Below are positions 1 through 9,107 of a stretch of 62,203 nucleotides of DNA, one piece after another. The stretch's first letter is position 1. The number at the start of each line of letters is the position of its first letter. A program made the translations under genes and the position numbers. This stretch comes from Bradyrhizobium sp. Lineage in GTDB: Bacteria; Pseudomonadota; Alphaproteobacteria; Rhizobiales; Xanthobacteraceae. Location: positions 1 through 62,203 of the forward strand of contig NZ_JADGRI010000001.1 in NCBI RefSeq assembly GCF_017881085.1, read 5' to 3'. Below the pieces are notes generated by a model. The model made no database searches. It had not been told where the DNA came from and worked only from the letters and a program-made list of their open reading frames with translations.

Positions 1-105
1 GGGAACTGTCCCTGGCCGGGTCCGTGGATCCGGTCATATGGTGCCCACCTACTTTCGTAGGGAACTCCGGGATCGAGCGCTCCAACGGCCATCGCGGCTT
101 CGCAC
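1..105 (+). ncRNA. ssrS: 6S RNA, 3' part (truncated by window edge)
   Basis: Non-coding stretch directly upstream of ygfA, the conserved 6S RNA position in Proteobacteria; contains GGTGCCCACC as recalled for alphaproteobacterial 6S RNAs; followed by a T-rich tract. Confidence 0.75.
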
Positions 106-135
106 TTTTGTTTCTTTGTTTGCTGCAAACACCAT

Positions 136-240
136 CCGTCATACCCCGCGAAGGCGGGGTATCCAGTACGCCGCGGCTTCTCGACTTTATCACCAGCGCC
201 TCTGGGATACTGGATCGCCCGCCTTCGCGGGCGATGACAG
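136..240. repeat. CGTC-type REP-like palindromic doublet
   Basis: CGTCATACCCCGCGAAGGCGGGGTATCCAGTA ... TACTGGATCGCCCGCCTTCGCGGGCGATGAC: two inverted, internally palindromic units. Confidence 0.85.
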
Positions 241-291
241 CGAGGAGGGCGGGACAGCGAAGCGCGCGGTGACAGCGAAATGTGACCTCGC

Positions 292-870
292 ATGTCGGAT
301 CCCCCATCGAAAGCCGATCTCCGCGCCGCCGCGCTCGCGAACCGCGACGCGTTGAGCGAGGCGCAGCGCGCCGTCGCGGCGCAGGCGATCGCGCGGCGCG
401 GATTGCCGGTTGAAATGAGGCCCGGCGCGGTCGTGGCCGGCTATTCGCCGATCCGCAGCGAACTCGACCCGACCCCCCTGATGCAATCGCTCGCGGCACA
501 GGGTGCCCGGCTGGCGTTGCCGGTCATCACGCAACGCGGCCAGTCGCTCCGATTCCGGGTCTGGCATGCCGGCGACCGGTTGCTGCCGGGATCGCTCGGG
601 ATTCTCGAGCCGTCGCCCGCCGCGGCCGAGATCGTGCCCGACATCGTGTTGGTGCCGCTGGCGGCCTTCGACCGGATCGGGCACCGCATCGGCTATGGCG
701 CCGGGCATTATGACCGCACGCTGGCGCAGCTGCACAAATCGAAGGGTTTTGCAGCAATCGGCCTCGCCTTTGCGGCGCAGGAAGTTAAGGCCGTGCCGGC
801 ACTGCAGCACGACGTGCCCCTGGATTATGTGCTAACGGAAACGAAAGCATTCGATTTCCGGAGTTCATGA
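292..870 (+). CDS. ygfA: 5-formyltetrahydrofolate cyclo-ligase
   Basis: KADLR N-terminus, LVPLAAFD..G.RIGYGAGHYDRTL and HDVPLD motifs; follows 6S RNA. Confidence 0.95.
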   Translation: MSDPPSKADLRAAALANRDALSEAQRAVAAQAIARRGLPVEMRPGAVVAGYSPIRSELDPTPLMQSLAAQGARLALPVITQRGQSLRFRVWHAGDRLLPGSLGILEPSPAAAEIVPDIVLVPLAAFDRIGHRIGYGAGHYDRTLAQLHKSKGFAAIGLAFAAQEVKAVPALQHDVPLDYVLTETKAFDFRSS

Positions 871-871
871 G

Positions 872-1708
872 TTGCGCATTCTTTTCGTAGGCGACGTCGT
901 CGGCAGGGCCGGACGCACGGCCATCGCCGAGTACCTGCCCGGCATGATCCGCGACTGGGCGCTCGATCTCGTCGTCGTCAATGGCGAGAACGCGGCCGGC
1001 GGCTTCGGCATCACCGAGGCAATCTACCAGGAATTCATCGATGCCGGCGCCGACGCTGTCACGCTCGGCAACCATGCCTGGGACCAGCGCGAGGCGCTGG
1101 TGTTCATCGAGCGCGCGCCGCGGCTGGTTCGCCCGGCGAACTTTCCGAGGGGCACGCCGGGCCGCGGCGCCGCGCTGGTCGACACCAAGAACGGCAAGCG
1201 CGCACTCGTCATCAACGCCATCGGCCGCGTCTTCATGACGCCGTTCGACGATCCCTTCGCCGTCATCAACCGCGAACTCGAAGCCTGCCCGCTGCGCATC
1301 GCGGCCGACGCCATCGTGGTCGATTTCCATTGCGAGGCCTCGAGCGAAAAGCAGGCCATCGGCTTCTTCTGCGACGGCCGCGCCTCTCTCGTCGTCGGCA
1401 CCCACACCCATGTGCCGACCGCCGATCACCAGATACTGCCGAGCGGCACCGCCTACATGACCGACGCCGGCATGACCGGCGACTACGATTCGATCATCGG
1501 CATGCAGAAGGAAGAGCCGTTGCGACGGTTCACGTCGGGCATTCCCTCGGGACGGTTCGAACCGGCACTCGGCGCGGCGACGCTCAGCGGCGTCGCGGTC
1601 GAGACCGACGATGCGACCGGACTGGCGCGCAAGGTCGCGCCGGTGCGCATCGGCGGAAGGCTGGAGCCGACGCAGCCGGGATTCTGGGTGATGGTGCCGG
1701 CGGCCTGA
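872..1708 (+). CDS. ymdB: YmdB/TIGR00282 family metallophosphoesterase
   Basis: GDVVG, NGEN, TLGNH, DFHCEA, GTHTH and TDAGMTG motifs; TTG start just after ygfA. Confidence 0.93.
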   Translation: MRILFVGDVVGRAGRTAIAEYLPGMIRDWALDLVVVNGENAAGGFGITEAIYQEFIDAGADAVTLGNHAWDQREALVFIERAPRLVRPANFPRGTPGRGAALVDTKNGKRALVINAIGRVFMTPFDDPFAVINRELEACPLRIAADAIVVDFHCEASSEKQAIGFFCDGRASLVVGTHTHVPTADHQILPSGTAYMTDAGMTGDYDSIIGMQKEEPLRRFTSGIPSGRFEPALGAATLSGVAVETDDATGLARKVAPVRIGGRLEPTQPGFWVMVPAA

Positions 1709-1804
1709 CAGGGATCGGATGACTGCCAATAGCCTTTAATACCAGGCGTCCGGAAGCTAGGATGAGCTTCACGATCCTTGCACGATCCTTGGTCGGGGGC
1801 GGTC

Positions 1805-2797
1805 ATGAGACGGCGGCAGTTTATCGGCCTTGTCGGCGGTGTGGCGGTTGTGCCGGCCTTGCGGCCATCGCCGGTTCGGGCGCAGCAGGCGGGGAGGCCA
1901 TACCGGATTGCTTACCTCGCTCTGCTGTCCGGCGAGAACGCCACCTTCGCGAAGCCGCTTCTGCAGCGACTGGAGGAGCTCGGTTACCGCGAAGGCAAGA
2001 ACTTGATCTGGGACTACCGCTCGGCCGAGGGGCGCGCGGAACGGTTGCCGCAACTTGCCGCAGAACTCGTCGGCACCGGCGCGGACGTTTTGGTTGCGGG
2101 ATTTGGAACGCTGGCGCCGAAGGCCGCGATGGCCGCAACCCGCAGCATACCGATCGTCTTCACGTCGGTCGGGGACCCCGTTGGCGCCGGCCTCGTCGCG
2201 AGTCTGGGTCAGCCCGGCGGAAACGTCACCGGCATGAGCGGGCAGGCGAGCGACATTGCCGCCAAGAAGTTGCAGTTGCTTGACGACCTCCTCCCCGGGA
2301 AGAAACTCGTTGCGGTACTGGGAAATCCCGACACCCCTTACACCGCGCTGGCGCTGAAGCAGGTCAAGACCGCCGCCACAGCCATCCGGGTGCCGCTCGA
2401 AGTCCTCGAAGCAAGAACGGTCGATCAGATCCCCGCGGCCGTCGACCAGGCGATCAGATCCGGGGCAGCCAGCATGCTGGTGCTTGAGGATCCCGTGCTG
2501 TTGAGTGCCATCCAGCAAACCACCGACCTCGCTGCCAAGCGACGGTTGCCCGCCATCTACGGGCCGAGAGAATATGCCCAGGCCGGCGGATTGATTTCAT
2601 ATGGAACGGACCAGAGTCAGTTGAGCCGCCGGGCCGCCGAGTATGTCGACAGGATTCTCAGGGGCGCGTCCCCTGCCAGCCTTCCGGTCGAGCAGCCCAC
2701 CAAATTCGAACTCGTCATCAACCTCCGGACTGCCAAGGCGCTGGATCTGGAGATTCCGACAGATCTGTTATCGCTTGCCGACGAGCTGATCGAATAG
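1805..2797 (+). CDS. Orphan ABC transporter substrate-binding protein (ABC_sub_bind type)
   Basis: MRRRQFIGLVGG signal, GDPVGAGLVASLGQPGGNVTG and LPVEQPTKFELVINLRTAKAL family motifs; no permease nearby. Confidence 0.88.
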   Translation: MRRRQFIGLVGGVAVVPALRPSPVRAQQAGRPYRIAYLALLSGENATFAKPLLQRLEELGYREGKNLIWDYRSAEGRAERLPQLAAELVGTGADVLVAGFGTLAPKAAMAATRSIPIVFTSVGDPVGAGLVASLGQPGGNVTGMSGQASDIAAKKLQLLDDLLPGKKLVAVLGNPDTPYTALALKQVKTAATAIRVPLEVLEARTVDQIPAAVDQAIRSGAASMLVLEDPVLLSAIQQTTDLAAKRRLPAIYGPREYAQAGGLISYGTDQSQLSRRAAEYVDRILRGASPASLPVEQPTKFELVINLRTAKALDLEIPTDLLSLADELIE

Positions 2798-2910
2798 GCG
2801 GTCTTTCGTGCCCGGGACGGTTTGTCAGAGTCCGCTATGCCCCGATAGCGATCAAATCTTGCCAGCAGCGAAACGATGCGATGTGCCGTAGCCGCCGACC
2901 GCACACGCCT

Positions 2911-3669
2911 TCAGGCGCGGCCGAGCTGCACCTGGCGGTCCACCGCAATCCACGTCGCTCGAGCCACGGCCAGCAACGTTCCGGCTTCACCATAGGCCGC
3001 GGCCTCGGCAACGCGTTTGCGGCCGTCGCGGCCGGCCTCCCAGGCGGTGATGACGCAGCGTTCTCCCGGGCGCGGCCGTGTCTCTATCCGTGCCGACATC
3101 CGACCCAACAGGATCGGCGTCCGGTCGAAGCTGCCGCTCTCCCCGTCGTGAGAGGAAGCGTAGCCCGTGGGACAATCGAGCGCCGACCAGAGAAACTCTG
3201 GCGCGACGAGGCCGTCCTCCGCCGTCAGGGTCGGATCCGGTGTCCAGGTCGCCGCGAGCACGGCCGAAGCATTCCGGGATTGACGCAGGAGCGGTCCGGC
3301 AAAAATGCGCAGGCCATCTCCCTGCGCCCTTGCAGGACCGCAAACGAAACACGTCGGCAGCAGATGCTCGTGCGGCTTGACCGGCGTCCGCAGCTCGGCT
3401 GCGCATGCCTCCTCGAAGCTTGCCTTCTCCAGGCGTGCAAGTTCAAGACTTGCCGGTCGTCCGGTGGCGACGACCGTGGCGCCATCGCGAAGCTCCCATG
3501 AACCGTCGTCCGTCGCCATGACATCGAGCTGCTTTTCCAGGGGAGGCGGTGCGCGTAGCGTTACCTCCGCGCCGCCGGGAATGTGCCGGGCCAGCCGGCC
3601 GCAGACATATCCGCCGTTCCCGGAGTTCGGAGGACCGCAGTAGCGCCTGTCGATGATGATCGATGTCAT
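2911..3669 (-). CDS. Double hot-dog fold thioesterase-like protein
   Basis: GPPNSGNGGY, CFVCG and WSALDCP motifs; RBS GGAAGGAA upstream. Confidence 0.7.
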   Translation of the reverse strand: MTSIIIDRRYCGPPNSGNGGYVCGRLARHIPGGAEVTLRAPPPLEKQLDVMATDDGSWELRDGATVVATGRPASLELARLEKASFEEACAAELRTPVKPHEHLLPTCFVCGPARAQGDGLRIFAGPLLRQSRNASAVLAATWTPDPTLTAEDGLVAPEFLWSALDCPTGYASSHDGESGSFDRTPILLGRMSARIETRPRPGERCVITAWEAGRDGRKRVAEAAAYGEAGTLLAVARATWIAVDRQVQLGRA

Positions 3670-3693
3670 CGATTCCTTCCTCTCTTGCCGCCG

Positions 3694-3799
3694 CTAGAGC
3701 ATTATCGGTTCTGATTGAATCAGAACGAAAGCTCTAGATTGTTGTCTTGACGCGCTTTCTTTACGCGAACCGGCTTCCACGTCGCTCGAAAACGCTCTC
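3694..3799. repeat. Rhizobial TAGAGC-type palindromic intergenic repeat (composite)
   Basis: CTAGAGC..GTTCTGATT-G-AATCAGAAC..GCTCTAG hairpin (3694-3737) followed by a second unit ending GAAAACGCTCT. Confidence 0.75.
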
Positions 3800-3806
3800 G
3801 CGCGCG

Positions 3807-4784
3807 CTACCTCATCTTGAGGACGATTCTTCCCTGAACCGTCCGATTGGCCACGGCGCGCATCGCTTCCTTGACCTGTTCCAGGGGAAGGACGCGATCG
3901 ATGTGGGGGCGAATCTTTCCCTCGGCCAACAATTGCGCCAGGGTGTCATTCATGCGCGCAGCCTGCTCGGGGAATTTCTCTGCCCAGGCGCCGGTAAAGA
4001 CACCAACAATGGAATAGTTCTTCAAGAGCGGGAGGTTCATCGGCACCGAAGGAATCTGGCCGCTGGTGAAGCCGATCGGCATCAGCCGTCCGCCCCACCT
4101 CATCAGCCGTGCCATTTGCTCGAAAATCGTTCCGCCGATGTTGTCGAAGCCAACATCGACGCCTTCTCCACCGGTTATCGACTTGATCCGCTCGCGCAGG
4201 TCTTCGCTCCGATAGTTGATGACATCGCAGGCACCGTAACTGCGCACCAGACCTGCCTTGTCGTCGGAGCCGACACCGGCGATGACGCGCAGGCCAAAAT
4301 GGCCGGCAAGGTCGACGGCGGCGAGGCCGACCCCGCCTGCGGCTCCAGTGACAAACACCGTTTCACCGCGTTGCGCGCGTGCTCCTTCGACCAGGGCGTA
4401 ATACGCCGTGCCGTAGTTGTGCCAGACCGTGGCCGCCGTTTCGAAACCGACGCCGGCTGGCAACCGTACACTCTTCCATTCCTTGGCGATCATCCGCTCG
4501 GCGTAGCCGCCCGTCCAGCTCGCGCACGCCACGCGATCGCCCGGCTGAAATCTCGTGACCTTGTCGCCAACCGCGATGACGACGCCGGACGCTTCCGTGC
4601 CAGGCACGAATGGCGTCGGTGGTCGCATCTGGTAAAGGCCCGAGACCAAGAGATGGTCCATGAAACTCACGGAGGCCGCACATACGTCGATCAGAATCTC
4701 GTCGCTGGCCGGCTTTGGCTCGTCGATCGCGCCGATGCGCAAGTCCTCCGGACCAGTGAACGCGTTGCATATCACGGCTCTCAT
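3807..4784 (-). CDS. NADPH:quinone oxidoreductase family protein (MDR, zinc-independent)
   Basis: GLYQMRPPTPFVPGTE and nucleotide-binding TGAAGGVG; ATGA overlap with the upstream methyltransferase gene. Confidence 0.9.
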   Translation of the reverse strand: MRAVICNAFTGPEDLRIGAIDEPKPASDEILIDVCAASVSFMDHLLVSGLYQMRPPTPFVPGTEASGVVIAVGDKVTRFQPGDRVACASWTGGYAERMIAKEWKSVRLPAGVGFETAATVWHNYGTAYYALVEGARAQRGETVFVTGAAGGVGLAAVDLAGHFGLRVIAGVGSDDKAGLVRSYGACDVINYRSEDLRERIKSITGGEGVDVGFDNIGGTIFEQMARLMRWGGRLMPIGFTSGQIPSVPMNLPLLKNYSIVGVFTGAWAEKFPEQAARMNDTLAQLLAEGKIRPHIDRVLPLEQVKEAMRAVANRTVQGRIVLKMR

Positions 4785-5536
4785 CGGGGTGCTCCCGCCC
4801 GGCGACGGCCGAAAATGCGCGGCATCAGCATGGGCACGCGGCGGCGATACTCCTGGTAGGTTGCGCCGAACTGAGCGATCAAATCCCGCTCCTCGAACTG
4901 CAGGCCGACCAGGATGTAGGCCGTGGTCATGACCGCGAACAGCAGATGGCCCGCGGTCATGTCAGGCGTGGCCCAAAATGCGATCACAAAGCCGAGCATG
5001 AGCGGATGCCGCACGAACTTGTAGAGCAGCGGCATCTTGAGCGATTGACCCGGCATCTCCGCCCCGCGTAGCGGGAAGAAAGCCTGCCGCAGGCCGAACA
5101 GATCGAAATGATCGATCATGAATGTCGACGAGAACGCGATGATCCAGCCGAGCCAATAGACGCCGATCAGCAGCCCGGCCGCAACTCCGTCGATCCGCCA
5201 GATGGACATCGGGATTGGCCGCCACTGCCAGAATATCAGCAGAAGGATCAGGCTGGATAGCAACACATAGGTGCTGCGCTCGCAGGTCACCGGAATGACC
5301 TTTGTCCACCATCGCTTGAAGGCCGGGCGCGCCATGACAGTGTGCTGGACTGCAAATAGGCCGAGCAGCAGCAGGTCGACGACGATCGCCTCGCTCACAT
5401 TCGTCGGGCCGCCGCCAACGTCGATCGACTTTGGCACGAGAAAATTGCCGACGAAGCCCATCGCGTAGAAGGTTGAAACAGTGAAGACGGCATAGCTCAC
5501 GATGGCGTAGAACAGGATCGGGAGACGTGCGAACAT
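4781..5536 (-). CDS. mddA: Methanethiol S-methyltransferase (MddA-like; ICMT/NnrU-like membrane methyltransferase)
   Basis: Multi-TM protein with VPKSID, FAVQHTVMARPAFKRWW, ERSTYV, WQWRPIP, HFDLFGLRQ, LYKFVRHPLMLGF and EERDL motifs characteristic of MddA. Confidence 0.82.
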   Translation of the reverse strand: MFARLPILFYAIVSYAVFTVSTFYAMGFVGNFLVPKSIDVGGGPTNVSEAIVVDLLLLGLFAVQHTVMARPAFKRWWTKVIPVTCERSTYVLLSSLILLLIFWQWRPIPMSIWRIDGVAAGLLIGVYWLGWIIAFSSTFMIDHFDLFGLRQAFFPLRGAEMPGQSLKMPLLYKFVRHPLMLGFVIAFWATPDMTAGHLLFAVMTTAYILVGLQFEERDLIAQFGATYQEYRRRVPMLMPRIFGRRRAGAPR

Positions 5537-5686
5537 GAATGTTTTACCCTATTGTGCCGGCGACCGCGGTGCGGAATCCGAGAACCTGGACCGTTCGACG
5601 GAGAGCGGCTCGCTGATGCCTGACGGTTATCACTGGACCGTCCCCTGCGCGTCCCCCGGAGCTACGATAGGGCAAGGCAGAATTTA

Positions 5687-7255
5687 ATGACTGGGTTCTC
5701 GCTTCAGACGCTCGGGTTCCCGGAGATCCATGGTGACGACCGCCCGATCAAGCTGAACCTGCGCAAGGGTCTTGCGCTGCTGATCTATCTCGCGGAGGCC
5801 CGAGGCGCCGTTGCGCGGGATGTCATCGCCACGTTGCTGTGGCCCGAGAGTCCCCGCGAGACCGCCCGCGCGCGACTGCGGCGCATGCTTCATCGCATCG
5901 AGCTTGTACTCGGCCAGCATATTTTCGAGACCGACCGCACCAGTGTGCGGTGGTCGCCGGCGGTTGAACTGAAGGTCGACTCGCATCTGTTCGAGACCGC
6001 CTGCGACGGCGGCGCTTTCGAGGAAGCCTGCCTGGGCTATCGGGGCGACTTCCTCGCGGGCTTCTCGCTGCCCGATTGTCCCGAGTTCGACGATTGGGCG
6101 TTCTATCGCCGCGAGGCGCTCAGGGGGCGGCTGATGCATGGGCTGGAACGCCTCGTGCAGGACAAGAATGCCGCCGGCGAACATTTTGCCGCCACTGCTC
6201 ACGCGGGACGCCTTGTCGAGCTCGATCCGCTGAGCGAGGTGTATGGTCGGCATTTGATCCGCAGCCTCCTGCTTGCCGGCGATCGAAGTTCGGCAGAACG
6301 GCACCACGCCGCACTGACACAGCGGCTGCGTGACGAACTCGGGGTTGCGCCCGAAGCCGCGACCGAAGCGCTCATGGACCCCACCACGGCGCCGCTGTTC
6401 CATGCCGTTCCGACAACACTCTATGTGGAGAGCGCCGGCGTACATCTGGCCTATCAGACATACGGAAGCGGCGAGCTTGATATCCTGATCATGCCTGGCT
6501 TCGTGTCACACGTGGAACGCGTTTGGGAGCATCCCTCGTGCCGGGCATTTCTGGTTTCTTTGATGGCGCTTGGGCGACTCATCTTGTTCGATCGTCGCGG
6601 GATCGGGCTGTCGGACCGGGTCGGATCAGCCCCGAGTGTCGAAGTCACGGCCGAGGATATCGGCACCGTGCTGAGGGCGGCGCGCACGCGTCGCGTCGTC
6701 CTGTTTGGGGCGTCGGAATGCGGGCCGGCATGCATCAAGTTTGCGGTCGATGAATCCCGTCTCGTGCATGGCCTCATTCTGTTCGGCTCATTGGCCAAGG
6801 GCTGTTGGGCGCCCGACTATCCGTACGCGTTGCGGGCAAGCCAATATGATACCTGGCGCCAGCAGCTCGTCGCCGAATGGGGTGGCCCGGCCGGGATCGA
6901 AACCTTCGGGCCGAGCCTTGCTCGTGATCCCCAAGCCAGGGCCTGGTGGGCCGGGCTGCTGCGCGCGGCCTCCAGTCCAGGCGGCATTTGGGCCGTGCTC
7001 AAGGCGTTGCGCGACACCGACGTGAGAGACCTCCTGCCACGGGTTTCCGTGCCCACGCTGGTCCTGCACCGCCGGAACGACCGGGCCGTGCGAAGTGCGG
7101 CGGGCCGCGATATGGCCAGCCAAATCACTGGCGCTCAATTCGTCGAGCTCGACGGCAATGATCATTGGTTCTTTGCGGGTGCTCAGCAACCGGTGCTCGA
7201 GGCGATCAAGCAATTCGTCAACGCTCTGCCGCGCGGCAGGAGGCCAGCGCGGTAG
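5687..7255 (+). CDS. SARP/BTAD-type transcriptional regulator fused to an alpha/beta-hydrolase domain
   Basis: N-terminal ALLIYLA..RDVIATLLWPE wHTH and YRGDFLAGF..FDDW BTAD region; C-terminal LAYQTYG, FDRRGIGLSD, GASECG and GNDH hydrolase-fold motifs. Confidence 0.85.
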   Translation: MTGFSLQTLGFPEIHGDDRPIKLNLRKGLALLIYLAEARGAVARDVIATLLWPESPRETARARLRRMLHRIELVLGQHIFETDRTSVRWSPAVELKVDSHLFETACDGGAFEEACLGYRGDFLAGFSLPDCPEFDDWAFYRREALRGRLMHGLERLVQDKNAAGEHFAATAHAGRLVELDPLSEVYGRHLIRSLLLAGDRSSAERHHAALTQRLRDELGVAPEAATEALMDPTTAPLFHAVPTTLYVESAGVHLAYQTYGSGELDILIMPGFVSHVERVWEHPSCRAFLVSLMALGRLILFDRRGIGLSDRVGSAPSVEVTAEDIGTVLRAARTRRVVLFGASECGPACIKFAVDESRLVHGLILFGSLAKGCWAPDYPYALRASQYDTWRQQLVAEWGGPAGIETFGPSLARDPQARAWWAGLLRAASSPGGIWAVLKALRDTDVRDLLPRVSVPTLVLHRRNDRAVRSAAGRDMASQITGAQFVELDGNDHWFFAGAQQPVLEAIKQFVNALPRGRRPAR

Positions 7256-7470
7256 GCCAGGTCAGCGGTGGCTCAAGCCAACGATTTGCGAAAGACCGGA
7301 CCTCCCGGCGCCAAGGCCGAGAAGCCCGGCGCCGCGGATTGAAGTCACAAACGGACGTCGCAACCGCAAGAATTGATTTCTCGGACTTGTGCGAGCCGAC
7401 ATCTCGCAGCCGCGTCTTGACGCCAGCTATTCGTTCGTCCTGACGTTCAGGTGCGGCGTGTGACCGTTGT

Positions 7471-7743
7471 TCACCGGGACAAGTGGCGGTGACCATGGTG
7501 CCGGATCGGCAATGCGGGGCCGGCGCTGGTCGGTCCTGCGTAGGCACCGCTAGGCGTAGAAGCACCGGCAGCGCCGAACGGCTGCACCAGCCCCTGTCTC
7601 GCTGCGGGAGTGAGCGCGCCGCCATTCAGGATGTCCCGATCCGGATATTGCGCCTGAAAGGCGTCAGGGTCGTCGGCAAATGCGGCCGTTGCCGAGAGGG
7701 TCGATAGCAGCGCCGCCGCGGCGAGCGTCTTGAGTCCCGTCAT
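7471..7743 (-). CDS. Small secreted hypothetical protein
   Basis: GGAGGA RBS; Sec-type signal ending TAAFA|DD; 90 aa. Confidence 0.65.
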   Translation of the reverse strand: MTGLKTLAAAALLSTLSATAAFADDPDAFQAQYPDRDILNGGALTPAARQGLVQPFGAAGASTPSGAYAGPTSAGPALPIRHHGHRHLSR

Positions 7744-8087
7744 AATGATCCTCCATCACCATTTTTCGCGAGAAGTTGCGCTGGCGAGTGCCGCTCCCCG
7801 GGCCGCGCGCCCCCGGATTTTTCCAAACAGGGAGGATGTAGGCGTCGCCGGTGAAAAAGCGCGCGGCATGCCGATCACTATTCCGCGAAGGCGCGAAATG
7901 GCTCCCGGGCACCGCGCGTCACATGACCTGAATGGGCCGCACAGCGGAATTCGCAGCGGGAAGGGCCGCCGAATTGGCATAACGCGACCTTGCAGGAAGC
8001 TGGCGAAAATGACACGCTATGCAACCTTAAATGTTATTCAGAAAATGAGGGGCTTGAGGCGTTTTCCGGCAATCGGGAGATACGGCG

Positions 8088-8984
8088 ATGGACCAGGATA
8101 ATTTTGTACAAGAGGAAGCCCGGCAAAAAATCGATCAGGATATCGACGAGCGCATCCGGGTTCACCAGGCCAACATTGCGAGGTTGGCCTCGGCCCAACA
8201 AAGTGCCCAAACGCTCGGGGTCGCGATCAAGAATCGACCTCTGGTCATGCTGGCGCAAGGCGATTCCTGGTTCGACTATCCGCTGACCGGAAATGGATTT
8301 CCGCTTGTCGATACCGATGTGATTGCGCAGCTGCGTCGCATCGGTGGAATGCCGCCGACGATCCTCAATCTCGCTCATCATGGCGAGGCCGCCATCGACG
8401 AGATGTCGTTGACCAAGCAGGAACGGATGATCACCGTTCTGCGCGACCCCTCGAACTGGATCAACGGCAAGCCCGACGCCATCCTGTTCTCGGCGGGCGG
8501 AAACGATATTGCCGGTGACCAGTTTTGTATTTTCCTGGACTTCAACGACGGACATTCGCCCGGCCTGAATCAGGACCGCTTCAGCAAGGCGCTTGGTTCG
8601 ATCGAGGCCTGCTATCTCGAATTATTCACCTTGCGCGATCGAATCGCTCCGGGCGTTCCGATCTTCGGCCATTGCTATGATTTTCCGATTCCCAACGGCG
8701 CACATCCCGCCTGCGCCGGACCGTGGCTGAAGCCGTCGCTCGATTTTTGCAACTGGCCGGTCGCTGCGGGCAGGCTGATCGTTCATGACGCGTTGGCGGC
8801 TTTTCGCGCGATGCTGGTGCGCCTGGCGAGCAACGCCGGCAACAAATTTCACTTGGTGGATACCCAGGGCGTTCTGGCGGATGCGGAGTGGGCCAACGAA
8901 CTCCATCCTCAGCCCGGGGGCTTTGCAAAAATCGCCCAAAAGTTCGCGGATGCGCTCTCGGCCAATTTCGTTGCGCAGGGCTAG
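8088..8984 (+). CDS. SGNH/GDSL hydrolase family protein
   Basis: GDSW block I, SAGGND block III, NELHP block V; GGGAGA RBS; no obvious signal peptide. Confidence 0.8.
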   Translation: MDQDNFVQEEARQKIDQDIDERIRVHQANIARLASAQQSAQTLGVAIKNRPLVMLAQGDSWFDYPLTGNGFPLVDTDVIAQLRRIGGMPPTILNLAHHGEAAIDEMSLTKQERMITVLRDPSNWINGKPDAILFSAGGNDIAGDQFCIFLDFNDGHSPGLNQDRFSKALGSIEACYLELFTLRDRIAPGVPIFGHCYDFPIPNGAHPACAGPWLKPSLDFCNWPVAAGRLIVHDALAAFRAMLVRLASNAGNKFHLVDTQGVLADAEWANELHPQPGGFAKIAQKFADALSANFVAQG

Positions 8985-9107
8985 CTTTCGATCATCCGGG
9001 CAGCGGGATTTTCCGCGCTTGGTCCCCGCCTGCGGGCTGCATGCAATCTATTTCGGCAGCGAATGACCTGAAGCATCCCGCAATCTTTTTCGACCGGCTC
9101 ATCCCCC

